Shown piece after piece: positions 1 to 12,429 of a DNA stretch of 64,000 nucleotides; within the stretch, counting starts at the first letter, position 1, and each line of letters starts with the position of its first letter. Source of the stretch: Marsupella aquatica (taxonomy: Eukaryota > Plantae > Marchantiophyta); NCBI GenBank assembly GCA_973895155.1, contig OZ316898.1, forward strand, positions 15,840,330-15,904,329, given 5' to 3'. Made by a program: the position numbers and the translations under genes. Under the pieces are notes generated by a model. The model saw only the letters and a program-made list of their open reading frames with translations, was not told where the DNA came from and did no database searches.

Positions 1-2956
1 AGCGGCGCAGGAGCTTAGAGTGGGCCAACGCCAGCTGAATACAAGCCAGGAGTTGCATAAGGTGAGAGTCCAAGTTTTGTGTTGCTTTAGTGTTCGAGCA
101 GCGTGCTGCCATTTCAGCCACAGTGCACCGCCTTTGAAGCTCCCATTGTCAGGGCTGGTAAGACATCACGGCTACATTGCTTTTCTTTGTTGTCCTCTGT
201 CTTTTTGTGGGGACAACCTACTTGATTTGAGCTGCGCAAATCGTCATAAGTTAAGGCATGCGTCATGCCATCTGGATAGTGTGCCACCGAACTGTGGGAG
301 GATGAGCAACGCGTGGCTGTAAGCAGGTATTCTGTCAGCACAGGCGAGATTTCATTGTTAAAATCCTATTGCCTGCAATGTGTCTTGTAATGTGTTTTTC
401 CTCATTCAATCAGGAGCTGAGAAGGGTATTGTTAGGCTTCAATTACTCTGTGTTTTTCTCCAGCTCCATGGTACAGTTTGTGCTTTGTCTGGCGCCCATG
501 CTCCGTCGATCGTAGAGCTAGGTCAACCGAGCTTTGAAGAGGGAGGCTGTGGGAGCTCCTTACTGTGCTGCAGCTGCTCTTCAATCAACGGTGTAGAGAT
601 TGTAGCTACGATCAGTGTTTGCGGAGCTGCCAGCCGGGTGCTTCGATAGTAGAGAAGAGCAGCCACAGTGATTCAGTCCTTCTCCTACGTGCAACCAAGG
701 ACCCCTTGTGCATCGTAAAGTGTGACCTCGGAGCTGAGCTGCGCACTATCTCTATTACATGCCTTGTTGTTCTCTATTACATGCCTTGTTCTCCCGTCCA
801 CTATTTCCTGTGATTTTCTTTCTTCTAGAAGAGAATGGTGATTTCTTCTTCAATCAAACAAAACCCCACCCAACCACCACCCAAGAACGTGGGGTGCGCG
901 CTTCTCAATCCTCCTCAAACTGGCCCCAAGTCTGCTGAAACCCCATATATTACCCACCGGCACCAAGGGTCCAGTCCCAACCCGTCTTCCGCTTGCCACC
1001 CTCCTCACTCTCTCGCGCATCTATCTCCCGATATTTCACGCGCAGCCGAGCCCACCAAAAGCTCTCTCCCTACAATCCCTCCTAAATCAACTTTCTCGTT
1101 TCCTGCTGCTGCTGATGTATGTTTGTTCTCCCCTATTTTTGTTTACTGATTGGTCTCTCCACACTTCCTGCTTGACATTACTGTTTTGCTCCTCCTGGAT
1201 CCAAACATGCCTTGTGCCCCGTGCTCCAACCTGCATCCTTTTCTTTACTGAGGGGGGGACCACAGCCTCCAGCCATACCTTGTGGCAGGCCTGGTCAAGA
1301 CGGTGGTCGGTAGCTCGTTTTTGCTTTTTTCTCTTTTGTTTCCCAAGCTTCTGGGCGAGGGCATTACCATTCTGGATTCTCCGCGAGGCGCCACTAGCTT
1401 TTTTTCTCGGTTGCCCGTGTGCCTGCCTTCTTAGTTTTGTTTTTTCCTCAAGTGACCGGGCCATCGCTGTATGCAGATTTTTCTTGTTGTATTCATGTAC
1501 AATATTTTATTGTTCTATCTAGGTTGTGGCAAGCCAACAAACTGTTGACAACCAACATGGAATAACAACTATGCAGTGCAATGGCAGAGGACACTGTCCA
1601 ATACAGGAATGACATGGTTATGTTTTCAATTCCCTGCTTGGATGAGGCGTGGTGTTGCTTGTAATCATGTATTTCTTCACACTAGAAAAGCAGTTTGTCA
1701 GATGAGGTTGTCGGGATTGTCTGTGGGTCAGTCATCTTACGGACACCTAGCAACGTCAAATGAATGGCGGAAACGGGCCATGTTGTCATTTTGAAATTTG
1801 TCTTTCCTTTTGCCATGCTACCCAATCATTTTGTTAGTCCATGAGTCATAGATTCATAGATTCTATGTTTTGTGCTTTGTCTAGAATGCTATGGCGCCCA
1901 TGCTACAATTTGTGGTTTTTGTCTAAGCACAAATCCTCTCTGTGCCTGGTCTCTATGTACCGTCATTTGGATTGATTGTGCAGACGTTTCCTCTTCTCCC
2001 AGTCCTTGTCATCCACCAGCCAAAGCACATTGGATTGTTTTCAAAGGAGGGCTGTGTAGTTCGGAGGGTTTGATCTATGCAGCGGATTTGAGCAGATTGG
2101 CGGTTGTTAGTTTCTTCTTGTAAAACCTGTCTGTCTTTTCTGCTTTTGGCCATGCTCCTTCACTTGTTGCTGCAAGCTCAATGTGCTTTAGCTATGGCAA
2201 TATTCACTTACCCTGTCCCAACGGCACTGCCATGAGCTGTAGGACAGCCAACAGAAGCAGATTGTATCAATTGCATGTAAGTCAGGGTATTTTATGTATT
2301 GCGGAACAACTGTCCAAGTATGCTGCAATGGTCCATCTTGCGGAGCTGAATGAGCCAATTTCATTTTCCCTGTGCACTTCTATTTCTCAGAGAATTCCCT
2401 GGTCATGCTCATTTCCCCCAGAGTTAGAAAACAAAGAAGAAGGGCTGACTAATTGTAATTCCAATCCATATCCTGATCGGTCAAGGATTGTGAACTACAT
2501 TGGCCTTGTCATTGGCCGAGGTCACCAAATTTTGCTTGGTTTCATTCCTGTGGAGCACTGCTGTGATGGATGAATAGTTGTCGTAGCATTCTGCAAACTC
2601 TCACGGTTTGCTTATGGCCATTATTTGCAATTTGCTGCTACTAATATGTCTTCTTCTGAGCAGCATACACCGGAAGTAAGCAATAGTGGAGGTTTAACTG
2701 CACATCAACACATCCAGTGAACTACCTCTCTGCTGCTCACTGGAGGGTGAGACTTTCACTCTTTCTGGATATTGTAGTTTGTAAGCAAGTTGATTAGGAG
2801 TGTTTCATGCTATGTTTACACTGTGGTAATGGTAATGGTAATGGTAATGTATTATAAGCTCCGGGACCATGAAAGTCAAAGGAGCTGCCACAAAAAGTAA
2901 AGTACAATGCAATCAAAGAAAAGAGCAACCAAAAGAGATTGCTCAGAAGAGGACAA

Positions 2957-5627
2957 CTATGTCCTCAAAGAAACTATGGACCTAGAGAGCCCTGAAAGAT
3001 TTTCCAAACCTATTCTCCTTTCCCTATCCACCGCAAAGATATATCTTCCAAGTTGCTGAGGGGGCAGACCAAACAATGCATACAAATCTTTCACCAAGAT
3101 TTGAGATGCCATCCTAACCCCCTCATAAAACTTGCAAGCAATGAATACATGATATTCATTCTCTATACTAGAGCTATCACATAGTTGACAAACCCTCTTT
3201 TTCCTGTCAATATCCTTCCATCTCCCTTGTTCTACTTCAAGGTGGTGTGAGCTTAGTCTATACTGAGCAATAAGTTGTCTAAGTTGTACTGAGATAGTGC
3301 TAGATAAATATTCTTGTTCTCGATATTTCTTCATGGGGTTCACATCTCTCATGTAGTATTGTTGCCGTGGGCTAGGTTCATGCCAAAGTTTGTGCAAAGC
3401 CTTTTGCTCAAGTTTTGCTCTTAGCTTGGTTGGGTGTGTTGGCCATTCATGTTCAGGAAAATCCCAAGCATGGGCCCACCTGCACACATCTGCATACCAC
3501 CCTTTAGCTGAAGATGAGCGCAAGGCATGAAAAGGAAATCTGTTTTCCTCCAACTCTCTTACACGCATGATGTATTTGAGTGTGTGGAAGAGTGCCTCCA
3601 CCTCCAAAGGAAACAAGCCTGCCTCTGCAAGTGTAAGTGCATATGGGGTTTGTGACTTGATCCCAAGCTCCATCTCAAGAAATAGCTTTTGCAGCCCCTC
3701 AATCTGTTGCCACCCAGATTTAGACACACCTGCTCCCCAAATTGGTGCTCCATAAAGAATGACTGGTTTCACCAAAGCTCCAAAGAGATGTTTCCTTAAC
3801 CTCCAAGTGTGTAGACCAGCTCTTTTGCATTTGTTCATGAATGCATAAAAAGCTCTGTACCCATTGGCAGCCCTAGATTTTACACATGAGGCCCAACTCA
3901 AGTTTTGAGAGAACTCCACCCCAAGGTATTTGTAGGTCCTCACAAATTCCACCAGATTCCCTTGGAAGTAGAGCTCTGGATTTTGTCGTGTGCCAATGCC
4001 CAAACACTTGGTCTTCTTGAGGTTGACTACCATCCCTGTTGCTTGACAAAACTCCTCCAAGGCATTGAGATGTCTTTGCAAAGCTTCTTGAGCATGAGCA
4101 AGTAGGACCACATCATCTGCAAATTTAAGAAGTTGGAGGACAAACCTACCCAATTGAGTGCCAACTCCACCATGCTCCTCCAAAATGTTGTGTAGCTGAT
4201 CAATGAAGATGCCAAAGAGAGTTGGTGAGAGAGGACAACCTTGGATCACCCCAAGAGTGCTCCAGATTTCTTCAGAGGTTTCCTTTGAAAGTTTGATGCG
4301 CACTTCTTGGTACAATTTAGAAACAGCCAACCTGAGCTCTTCAGGCACTTCCAACTCCACCATCCTATCCCAAAGCTTGGATCGGGAAACTTTGTCAAAG
4401 GCCTTGGAGAAGTCCACAAACAAGCAAAATAATGGTTTATGTGGAGATTTGGCCTTTTCACACAACACCCTCAAGCAGAGAATGTGATCCATAGTGCTGA
4501 ATTCTCTCCTAAAACCTGCTTGTGAAGGTGCCCTTTTCATCTCACTCTCCAACCAAGAGCTTAATCTGGCTTCAAGTAGTCCTCCCAAAACTTTAGCAAA
4601 AGTATTGCCTACCATGATGGTTCTGTAGTTGTGCACATCGTCCTTGTTGCCTGCCTTGAAGATAGGCACCACTCTTCTGGTCATCCAAGCTTTAGGTAAA
4701 CCTAAAGCCATTGCTTGATTCAGCTCATGCACCAAGTTTGTTAGTAAAGAGGGTCCTCCCCACAAAAGAAGCTCCAAGTTCAGGCCCAACAGATCTTTAG
4801 CTTTCCCATGTTGCATGTGGGAAAGATGCACCTTCACCTCCCTCTCTGTAAACTGAATGGTGTCCCCAAGGGGCAAAGGCATGCCACTAGCATCTGGAAA
4901 GAAATACAAGGATGTGACATAGGTTACCAGGTCCTGGTGATCCAAGGGGGGAGTAGTCTTGCCTGATTGCATTCTCTCCCAAAAACGTTTTGGATGTTTG
5001 ATGAACTCCTCACATAGTGATTGTTGATGACTCTTCAAGAAGCACCTCTTCTTGTGTTTGATGAAGTTCTTGTACATAGTGAATGCCAAAAGTCTCTTTT
5101 CCCCTGAATGTGATCTTGCTTGCATCCTTGCTCTAGCACAATCCTCGTCAAACCAAGCCTTCATGTTTTGCTTTCTAGGGGGTTTGGTGGAGAAAGTAGA
5201 GGCTGCTGCTTGTGCTATGACTTCTGAGAGCTCAATCTGATCATCCAGGGTATGGAGAAGATGTTCAAAGTTGGCTTTGAAGATGACTTCTCTATCAGGG
5301 TCTAGAAACAGAGGTTTGGGTACTGGCTTTCTATGCACTTTGTTTGGGATTGTGGTCAGGTCAAGATGGAACAACAAAGGCAAGTGTGAAGACTCTGGTT
5401 GTTGATCAAGTATTTGAAAGTCAACCACTCTAGTGGCAGAGGTAGGTGAGGCAAGAAGGTAATCAATGGTACTACATCCTTGTTTAGATCTAAAAGTGTA
5501 ACCAGATGATTGGGGAAATCTCTCAAGCCCATTCAATATTCTTAGATTACAAGAAGCTCCCAAATGCAAAAAGTGACGTGTCATGTCATTTGTTCTGGTG
5601 TCAAGAGCCTCTCTCACCCAAGGTATC
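2957..5627 (-). pseudogene. LINE ORF2, 3' part (end of endonuclease, reverse transcriptase, CCHC zinc finger)
   Basis: Motifs YTF..STIDY, FVDFSKAFD, GVIQGCPLSPTLF, FADD, YKYLG, RLSSHHLEVEQGRW..CQLC..ENEYHVFIAC; cut off from its N-terminus by the insertion at 5628-10263. Confidence 0.95.
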
Positions 5628-8600
5628 TGTGGTGTGTCCCATGGCTCCCTAAACCCAAGAAACCCCCCAGCTCAAGCCGATTCCCGCAGGTTTCGTGCTT
5701 GGCGAGGCCGTTTTCGCGGCTTAGCGGCATGGGACGCTGCTAACCTTCTACTACTACTATTAACATTTTACACACATATACTGGACAGATCCTTCATCGG
5801 GTCATGAGATACGTAGCCGGCCTAATATAGGCCTTCCCCTGTCTTCCCCTGTCTTCCCCTCCGTCTTGTTAGGTATGTTTGGATTCCGCCGCCGGAATGA
5901 TCCCCAATAGGCTTGGTTAAGCCGCTAAGACCTCTCTCAGCTCGACACATCCAACTCTCACTCCCCTGCTTACTTTCCTTCCTTCTGTTGATGTGGGCAC
6001 TCTTCACACAAGTTAATGCGACACACAAATAGCAAAATGACTCATTCTGACTGAGTCATACCATGCACTTGCCATACAAACAGTACATCTCATACACAAG
6101 TTCTGCGAACTAAGCCGTGAGGCCAACTCTATTCAGCTCTTAGGCATGAGGAAACATGAATATACACAAGGGTCACTGTATGACTAACCGAGAGCTTCTC
6201 GTACTACTTGATCCCAGCCCGGCTGGTGCAAACTAAAAACTTGCTAAAGAAGAGGCCCTGAGCTCCCCGCTGCCCAGGTACTTATCCTGGTAGTGGATCC
6301 GCCATTCTTTGCATCGTAAGCCTAATCTACTTAACAGTAATCTACTTGCCCGAATCTACCTATGTACAGCAAGGCAGGAGCACAAGTGTTGCTCCTACCA
6401 GTGGGACCGCAATCCCACTAAGCTAAGTGTCAGGGCCGCTCCTGGTTCTGATCCTAATCCTAAACGTGGAGATCCGCGCCCGCCCTGCCCACTCACGCCT
6501 CCTCCCTCCACGTCCGCCCTCCCTAAAAGGAACGGCACCCTTGCACCGTCACGACACCGGTGGTGGATCCTTAATGGACGCCCCCAACGCTTCCTCCTCA
6601 GCCACTGCCGTAGGTTCATTCTCTGACAGATTACCTGCCCTTGACTGAGTCAACTCTCCATCGGCCTGACTGGGTCCACCTTCGGCTTCAGCCTCGACAC
6701 CGGCCTCGGCAATACCCACGGCTTCGGCCTCAGCCACTCCCTCGGCTTCAGCCTCCCCTTCCCCTAGGGTAGTTGGATCCCTAGCCGTGACCCTGTCTGG
6801 GGTCGGTGCTGGGTCTACCTCCTTGATCACCACGGCCTGTGAAGTCGTATTACTCCTTGACCCTGAAGGTTTCCGCTTCTTCTTCGTTGGTGGCTCGGCA
6901 GCTGGTCCCTTCCCCTTCCCACTTACTTCCGGCACTGGTGTAGGTGGCGCGGCTTGTCCTTCGGCAATTACCACCCCTGGTAACTGGTTTGTCCCAACGG
7001 GAGATGGACCTGCTGCAGCTAAGCATTTAAATACTGCGGCTTGTTTCTTCAGCCGCTCTGTTTGGTTGTCGGCCCGCCGCTGTAGGTTCTCCATCTTCCT
7101 CGTGATTTCCTCCAACTCCTCTTGGGTTTCATCCAGGTCCTTACGTGCCCCCTCCAGCTCGTTTTTGGCCTCCTCCTGCTCCCTGTGGGCTTCCTCCAAT
7201 TCCTTCTTCAAGGTAGCCCTCTCCTCCTAGGTTGCTCTTAGCTCCTTGTCGAGCTCTGCAATGATGACAGACTCCATCTGGTTCATCTTGGCGTAAGTCT
7301 GTTCGAGCATCTCGTCCTTCTCCCTTAGGTCGGCCTTGAAGCTGGCCGTCAGGGACGCAAGCTCCTGCTGCAGCGCCATAATCCCTTGATAGGATTTCCC
7401 TAACTCGACCTCCTTCTGCTCAAGGGCTCCGCGGATTTTCTTGAGCTCCCCTTTCAACGCCCATTCCTTTCTTTGGGTCTCCGCCATGGCCCGGCTGTTG
7501 GCTGTTATGTGGGCCTCCTCTGTATTCTTCAGCTCTTGCTTCCACTTCTCCCTCTCTTTGATCGTGTCGGCCAACTCTTCCTGCGTCTGAGTCAGTTTAT
7601 CCTTGATATTCTGATTATCAGCCTGCGCGGTGTCCAACTGCCCCTGCATGATGTTCAGCTCATGTCGTTTAATCCGCAGTTCATCTTGGGCTTTCTTGGC
7701 CGCCCTTAGATCTTCAATCTCGGCTTCCATCCTCCTAAGCCGCCGAATGACCTCGTCCTTCTTGCTTCTCTCTAAAGCCACCGCTTCTTCTAATTGGTGC
7801 TTCTCCAACTGCTCCCTATGGAAAAAGGGTCCTACCTCCAACTCCTCTCCAAAGATGCCGAGCGCAAGTTCCCCACACATCTCACCATACTCCATGGCTC
7901 TATTCTTAGCGTAGGTGGAGTAAGTAGAAGTGATCGGCATCGCCCATCGTGGCCTCTGCTCCCAAGCCGTCCTGCGGATCTCTTCAATCGTGGCTAGAGG
8001 TTTGCTTCCTTTTTCGGCTAGCCGCCTGATGTCCTCCGGCCAATCTCCTCCTGGTAAATCCTTTTCCTTAGCCAGGGCGGCCTCTTCCTCCTGCTTGATT
8101 CGCTCCTGAAATTCCTGCACCGTCTGTTTTATGCCGTCAAAGCTCGGGGGAGCAACATCTGGTGGGGGAGACTCAGGGCTACTCTGCTGGTTGGGGTCCC
8201 CTCGCACTACCCTTGGAAGTGTGGGGACAAACCGGCCACAGGTCCTTACTCCTGGAACGTGATGGTCCGACCCATAGCCGGAATTATCATGGCTGCAGTC
8301 CTTCACTGCCTCCTCTACCTCTTGGACGTCCGGCTTCTCCCTCTCCTCTTCGTCGGTAGGAGCTTCAGGCAATTCTGCCTCAGATTCGGAGCTTGAGGTT
8401 CCCACGTACATTCGAACACCTGGCTTGGATTCCGGCCTGATTCTCTCCTTGTCTCCAGCAAAGGGGTTTTCTCTTGTGAGCCGGTGTAGGCCTACCTCTG
8501 TAGTAGTGTCCTGCATTGTTGCCGTTGCCGTTGTTGTTGCTGATGCCGATTTCTTTTCTTTCTCCAGTAGTTTCAGCAGACTCTGCATGCCTGGTTGCTG

Positions 8601-10263
8601 CATCGGCAAGTCTTCCTTCCTGGGCCTAAACACCTGCTCGATCGTAGGACTAACAGGTGGTTGAGGCTTCTCAGCCAACGGCCTCGGCGTTGGAGCTTCC
8701 TTGGGTGCCCTTACCTGCAGGGGAAGTACCGGGGCAAAAGTCTGACCTCTGGCATACCGGCACAACAGCGGCATGTGATAGCCAAGCCGCGACACGCTCC
8801 CCTTGCCGATTACCTGCTGCTCCTCCTTTAAGATCTTCTTCAATTGGTTGAGGAGGTACCCGTTGTAGTCCCGGCTTGGGTCTGGCCTTTCTGCCAGATA
8901 GACCTGTGCCTTGCCGATCTCTGCCCTCGGCAAGTTACAATGCATGGTCACCCGCAAGAAGTCGATCATCTCTCCTATGTGCGGGTTGGTGCAGGTGTTC
9001 CGGAAGAAGCCATTCTTCGTTGATGGCCCGGGGAACGACCGGAACTCCTTGTCAGGCAAGGTCTTCCTGGTATCAACTTTGGTCTTATTGCCTATCGGCA
9101 AGCCAAACACTTCGGCAATTACCTTGGGAGTAAGATAAAAATCCTTCCCATATATCCTCGTGCAATTGGTCTCGGGTTCCCATGACCCCACGAATTCTAA
9201 TAGGTCTGACTCCGGTACCTCCGGCTTCAGCCATGGTAATCTTACAAAGGCCTCTAAGCCGGATCCGGCCATGAAGCCTTGGTACTTCTTGGTCTGCATG
9301 GCCGTAAAGCATGCATCCTCCTCCCGTGCAAAATGTAGTTGCACCTCCACCGGTAGGGTTGCCGCCCAGCCCTTCCAGGTGTCATCCCTGGTTGGAATGG
9401 CCTTGATGGGATCGACCTCCTCCTCTTCGGCTTCTCCCTGCCTCCTGCTCTGCTGCTCGGCTGGCCTCTTTGGTGCCGCCGACCTCGTTCTTTTTGCCGG
9501 GGTGGCTTCATCGTTGACGGCCCCCTTCCTCTTCATCTCTGCTGCCGTGGAGGTTTCTCCTAGCACCGTTGCCTGGGTCCACCTTTCCGTGCTACCCTTT
9601 AATTCCCAGTGTATGTCGTTGCAGTTCTTGATGGCCTCTCGGATGCCGACGACGCTGTCTTTGCAAAACAGAAGATCGTCGAGTTGATTGGAAGTAGGCG
9701 TCCACAGGAACTCGTCCTTGATGAGTTCGCCTCCTAAGAAAGCCGTCTTCTGCAGCTCCCACAATCGAGCGAGCTCCTGCCGTTCTCGAGCTGCCCTTTT
9801 TGACTCCTCGTCCTCGTAAGTCTTGATGTACTCAGTTGCCCGTTCGAACAGGCATCCCCAGAAATGTGCCGCTTGATTGACGTTGCTCATACCCTCCTTA
9901 GGTCGATCGTCGGTATCTATTCTCTCCCCGAGTGCTTGCCTAAGCAGCTGACAGTAGTTGGCCTCCCGTAGTCGTCTGCCTAGTTCGTGCTTGCAAATGA
10001 GCCACCATCTCCTGCAAGCGCTCCTTACCCCTCTCCTCTGCCGGTCCTTCTTCCCGTTGATCCTTCCTAGTCGCCGACGCTTAACGCGCCCTAACCCTAA
10101 TCGGGTTTTCACCCTCAGCCTTACCTCCGGCCTCTGCCCGGGTTCCATGGTTGCCCCTAATTGTTTATATTTTCCTTGTTTTGTCCCTATACTAAGGTGT
10201 TCCTAGGGTGCCTTCCTGCTTTACCCACTTAACCGGCCGAGTGATTCCTGTCTAGGCATCACA
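5628..10263 (-). mobile_element. 4,636-bp TG..CA element with 5-bp TSD (giant solo LTR or non-autonomous integrase-mobilised element)
   Basis: Starts TGTGGTG, ends CATCACA; GTATC duplicated at 5623-5627 and 10264-10268; splits LINE ORF2; no internal LTR pair or pol motifs seen. Confidence 0.88.
6549..10148 (-). pseudogene. ~1,200-codon ORF: plant-mobile-domain/TE-accessory-like domain plus long coiled coil, one in-frame TAG
   Basis: ORFs 7227..10148 and 6549..7211 share a frame, separated by TAG at 7227-7229; GLEAFVRLPW..LLEFVGSW..IYGKDFYLTPKVIAEVFGLP resembles PMD-like TE accessory domains. Confidence 0.7.
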
Positions 10264-10801
10264 GTATCTCTTCACTACATGATGACCAAGGTAAAGTTCC
10301 TAAGTTCTCACTTTCAGTAAATTGTTCATTAGATACCCTGGCATTAAAGTCCCCCACTATCCATGTCTCCCCTAGTGGTGATATATCATGAATGACTTGG
10401 ATTAACCTATGAAATGGATAATGTGCATCAGCAATTCCCATCTTATAGACATTCATATTAAGGGGAACAAAGTAGGTGACAATCAGAAATGATGGAGTAC
10501 CTCTGGTATGAAGTCTCACCACCATGAACTGCTTGCTGGGATCTTCATGTTCAATAGAGGTGATGTGTTGAAGTTGATTCTTGGTGTAGACAGCAATGCC
10601 TCCAAACCCTCTTCCCCGTGTGGTCTTCTTCTCATTGAAGATGGATTGTATGCAAGTAAAGCCTTTAATGCTAGGTAGAGCATTTCCCTCATATTCCCAA
10701 GTCTCCGTGAAAAGCAAGATGTCAAAATTCTCAAACAAAGGTTCCCCTCCAATTGCTGTTTCTATGGAAAGTCCTGAAACATTCCATGCCATGATTCTCA
10801 A
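10264..10801 (-). pseudogene. LINE ORF2, 5' part (APE endonuclease N-terminus)
   Basis: MRIMAWNVSGL, DILLFTETW, GGIAVY, IVGDFNAR; joins 5622 across the duplicated GTATC. Confidence 0.93.
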
Positions 10802-10813
10802 GGTCCCAATCCA

Positions 10814-11587
10814 TCATTTAGAAACAACTCTCTTCTTATTGGTAACAACAGCTTGTCCATTGCGCAAGTAGGCTACCAATCCTTGGTCTTTGGCTACCCT
10901 CACCTTCTCAAGCTCAATTTTCCTTGCTTGGACTTGTGTGGGAGTCAGATCATCATCCAACCAAATCCTTAGCCCTTTAAGCATGCTCCTGTTAGCCATC
11001 ACTCTAGCTTTCTCGGATTCAGCTGCAAACTTCACCAAGATTGGACGTGGAAGGTCCCCCTTCTTTTGCCCAATCCTATATGCTTGCAAAATGATAGGGT
11101 CATGCACTTTCATCTGAGATTGGAAGAATGAAATTGCTACCTTCTTGGTGTCTTCCTTCTCCTCCTCAACAAGGCCTAATATTTTACAGTTGCTGACTCT
11201 TGCATGCTGGTTCTTGTGTTCTTCCTCTAGTGCTCTCCTATCCTCCTCCTTGGCTTGGACAAATTCCATATGTGATTGTTTTGCAGCCTGTGCAAAGGTT
11301 TTGAGCTTCTCCTCAATCTCCCCTACAGCCTCATGTATCACTGATTTCTCTGGGCACATACTCTTCTCCATGTCTCCAAAACACGATGCAAGCAATGAGA
11401 GTTGCTTACCATTCTCCTGAGTTTGAGATCGAAGATCACTAATCAACCTCTTTTGCTTGACATTCTCATTCTTTAGCTCCGTCACCTCCTTGCTGAGTGT
11501 GGTAATCTCAATTGCAGAGTTTTCAGCCACAACTAAGATTTTCTCAAGCAAAGCCTTGAGATGGGCAATCTCCTCCGTTGCCATCAC
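10814..11587 (-). CDS. LINE ORF1 (coiled coil plus RRM/CTD-like region)
   Basis: 257 aa directly upstream of ORF2; N-terminal heptads, then AYRIG..PRPILVKF..RIWLDDDLT, typical of LINE ORF1p. Confidence 0.85.
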   Translation of the reverse strand: MMATEEIAHLKALLEKILVVAENSAIEITTLSKEVTELKNENVKQKRLISDLRSQTQENGKQLSLLASCFGDMEKSMCPEKSVIHEAVGEIEEKLKTFAQAAKQSHMEFVQAKEEDRRALEEEHKNQHARVSNCKILGLVEEEKEDTKKVAISFFQSQMKVHDPIILQAYRIGQKKGDLPRPILVKFAAESEKARVMANRSMLKGLRIWLDDDLTPTQVQARKIELEKVRVAKDQGLVAYLRNGQAVVTNKKRVVSK

Positions 11588-11649
11588 AAAGCTGAAACGG
11601 TTGTTAGAATGTACTCTTAGACGACAAATAGAAATTGGGAGCAGTAGAG

Positions 11650-12362
11650 GATGTCAGTTGCAGCTCTACCTTTGCCAGTGATACACTCTCGCTGTTTGCA
11701 ACACTCTGCCAAAATCTGAGCTCAAACCGCAGCCGATTGCCCTTCCAACTCGAAGTGAAATTTCGCCCCAAGCTCAGAATCCCGAAACTGGACACGTAGC
11801 AGATCGTGCATGCTAAAGTGCATACCAAACGATGTCGGTTGCAGCTCTAACTTTGCCAGTGATACATTATCGCTGTTTCCAATGCTCTGGCAAAGTCTGA
11901 GCTTAAACCGCAGCCAATTTCCCTTCCAACTCGAAGTGAAATTTCGCCCCAAGCTTAGAATTGCGAAACTGGAGACGTAACAGATCGTGCATGCTAAAGT
12001 GCATATCAAACGATGTCGGTTGCAGCTCTAACTTTGCCAGTGATACATTCTTGCTGTTTCCAATACTCTGGCAAAATCTGAGCTCAAACCGCAGCCGATT
12101 GCCCTTTCAACTCGAAGTGAAATTTCACCCCGAGCTCAAAATCGCGAAATTGGAGACGTAGCAGATCGCGCATGCTAAAGTGCATACCAAACGATGTCGG
12201 TTGCAGCTCTAACTTTGCCAGTGATACATTCTTGCTGTTTCCAATGCTCTGGCAAAGTCTGAGCTTAAACCGCAGCCAATTTCCCTTCCAACTCGAAGTG
12301 AAATTTTGCCCCAAGCTCAGAATTGCGAAACTGGAGACGTAACAGATCGTGCATGCTAAAGT
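11650..12362. repeat. ~3.9 tandem copies of a 181-bp monomer in the LINE 5' UTR
   Basis: GATGTC(A/G)GTTGCAGCTCTA recurs at 11650, 11831, 12012, 12193. Confidence 0.93.
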
Positions 12363-12429
12363 AGAGATTGTAGCTCAATATGGACTTATCTGATGTCTAG
12401 CTAGTGCAAAGAGTTTATCTTACAGGTCC

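Larger units (their letters stand above)
2825..12362 (-). mobile_element. RTEX/RTE-like LINE, apparently near full length, split by a 4.6-kb insertion
   Basis: 3' tail of (TTACCA)n-type repeats at 2825-2848; ORF2 with APE endonuclease, RT and C-terminal CCHC; ORF1; 5' tandem monomers. No TSD identified. Confidence 0.9.

Noticed and set aside
1-2820. Short ORFs such as 1087..1464 and 2181..2573 as host genes
   Set aside because: No recognisable domain or consistent exon structure; left unannotated.
2825-2848. Telomeric repeat
   Set aside because: The (GGTAAT)n tract is the LINE 3' tail and recurs at the second copy (~20908-20930).
6787-9687. Plus-strand ORFs opposite the long ORF, and similar antisense ORFs elsewhere
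   Set aside because: Shadow frames of coding sequence on the other strand, with no independent motifs.
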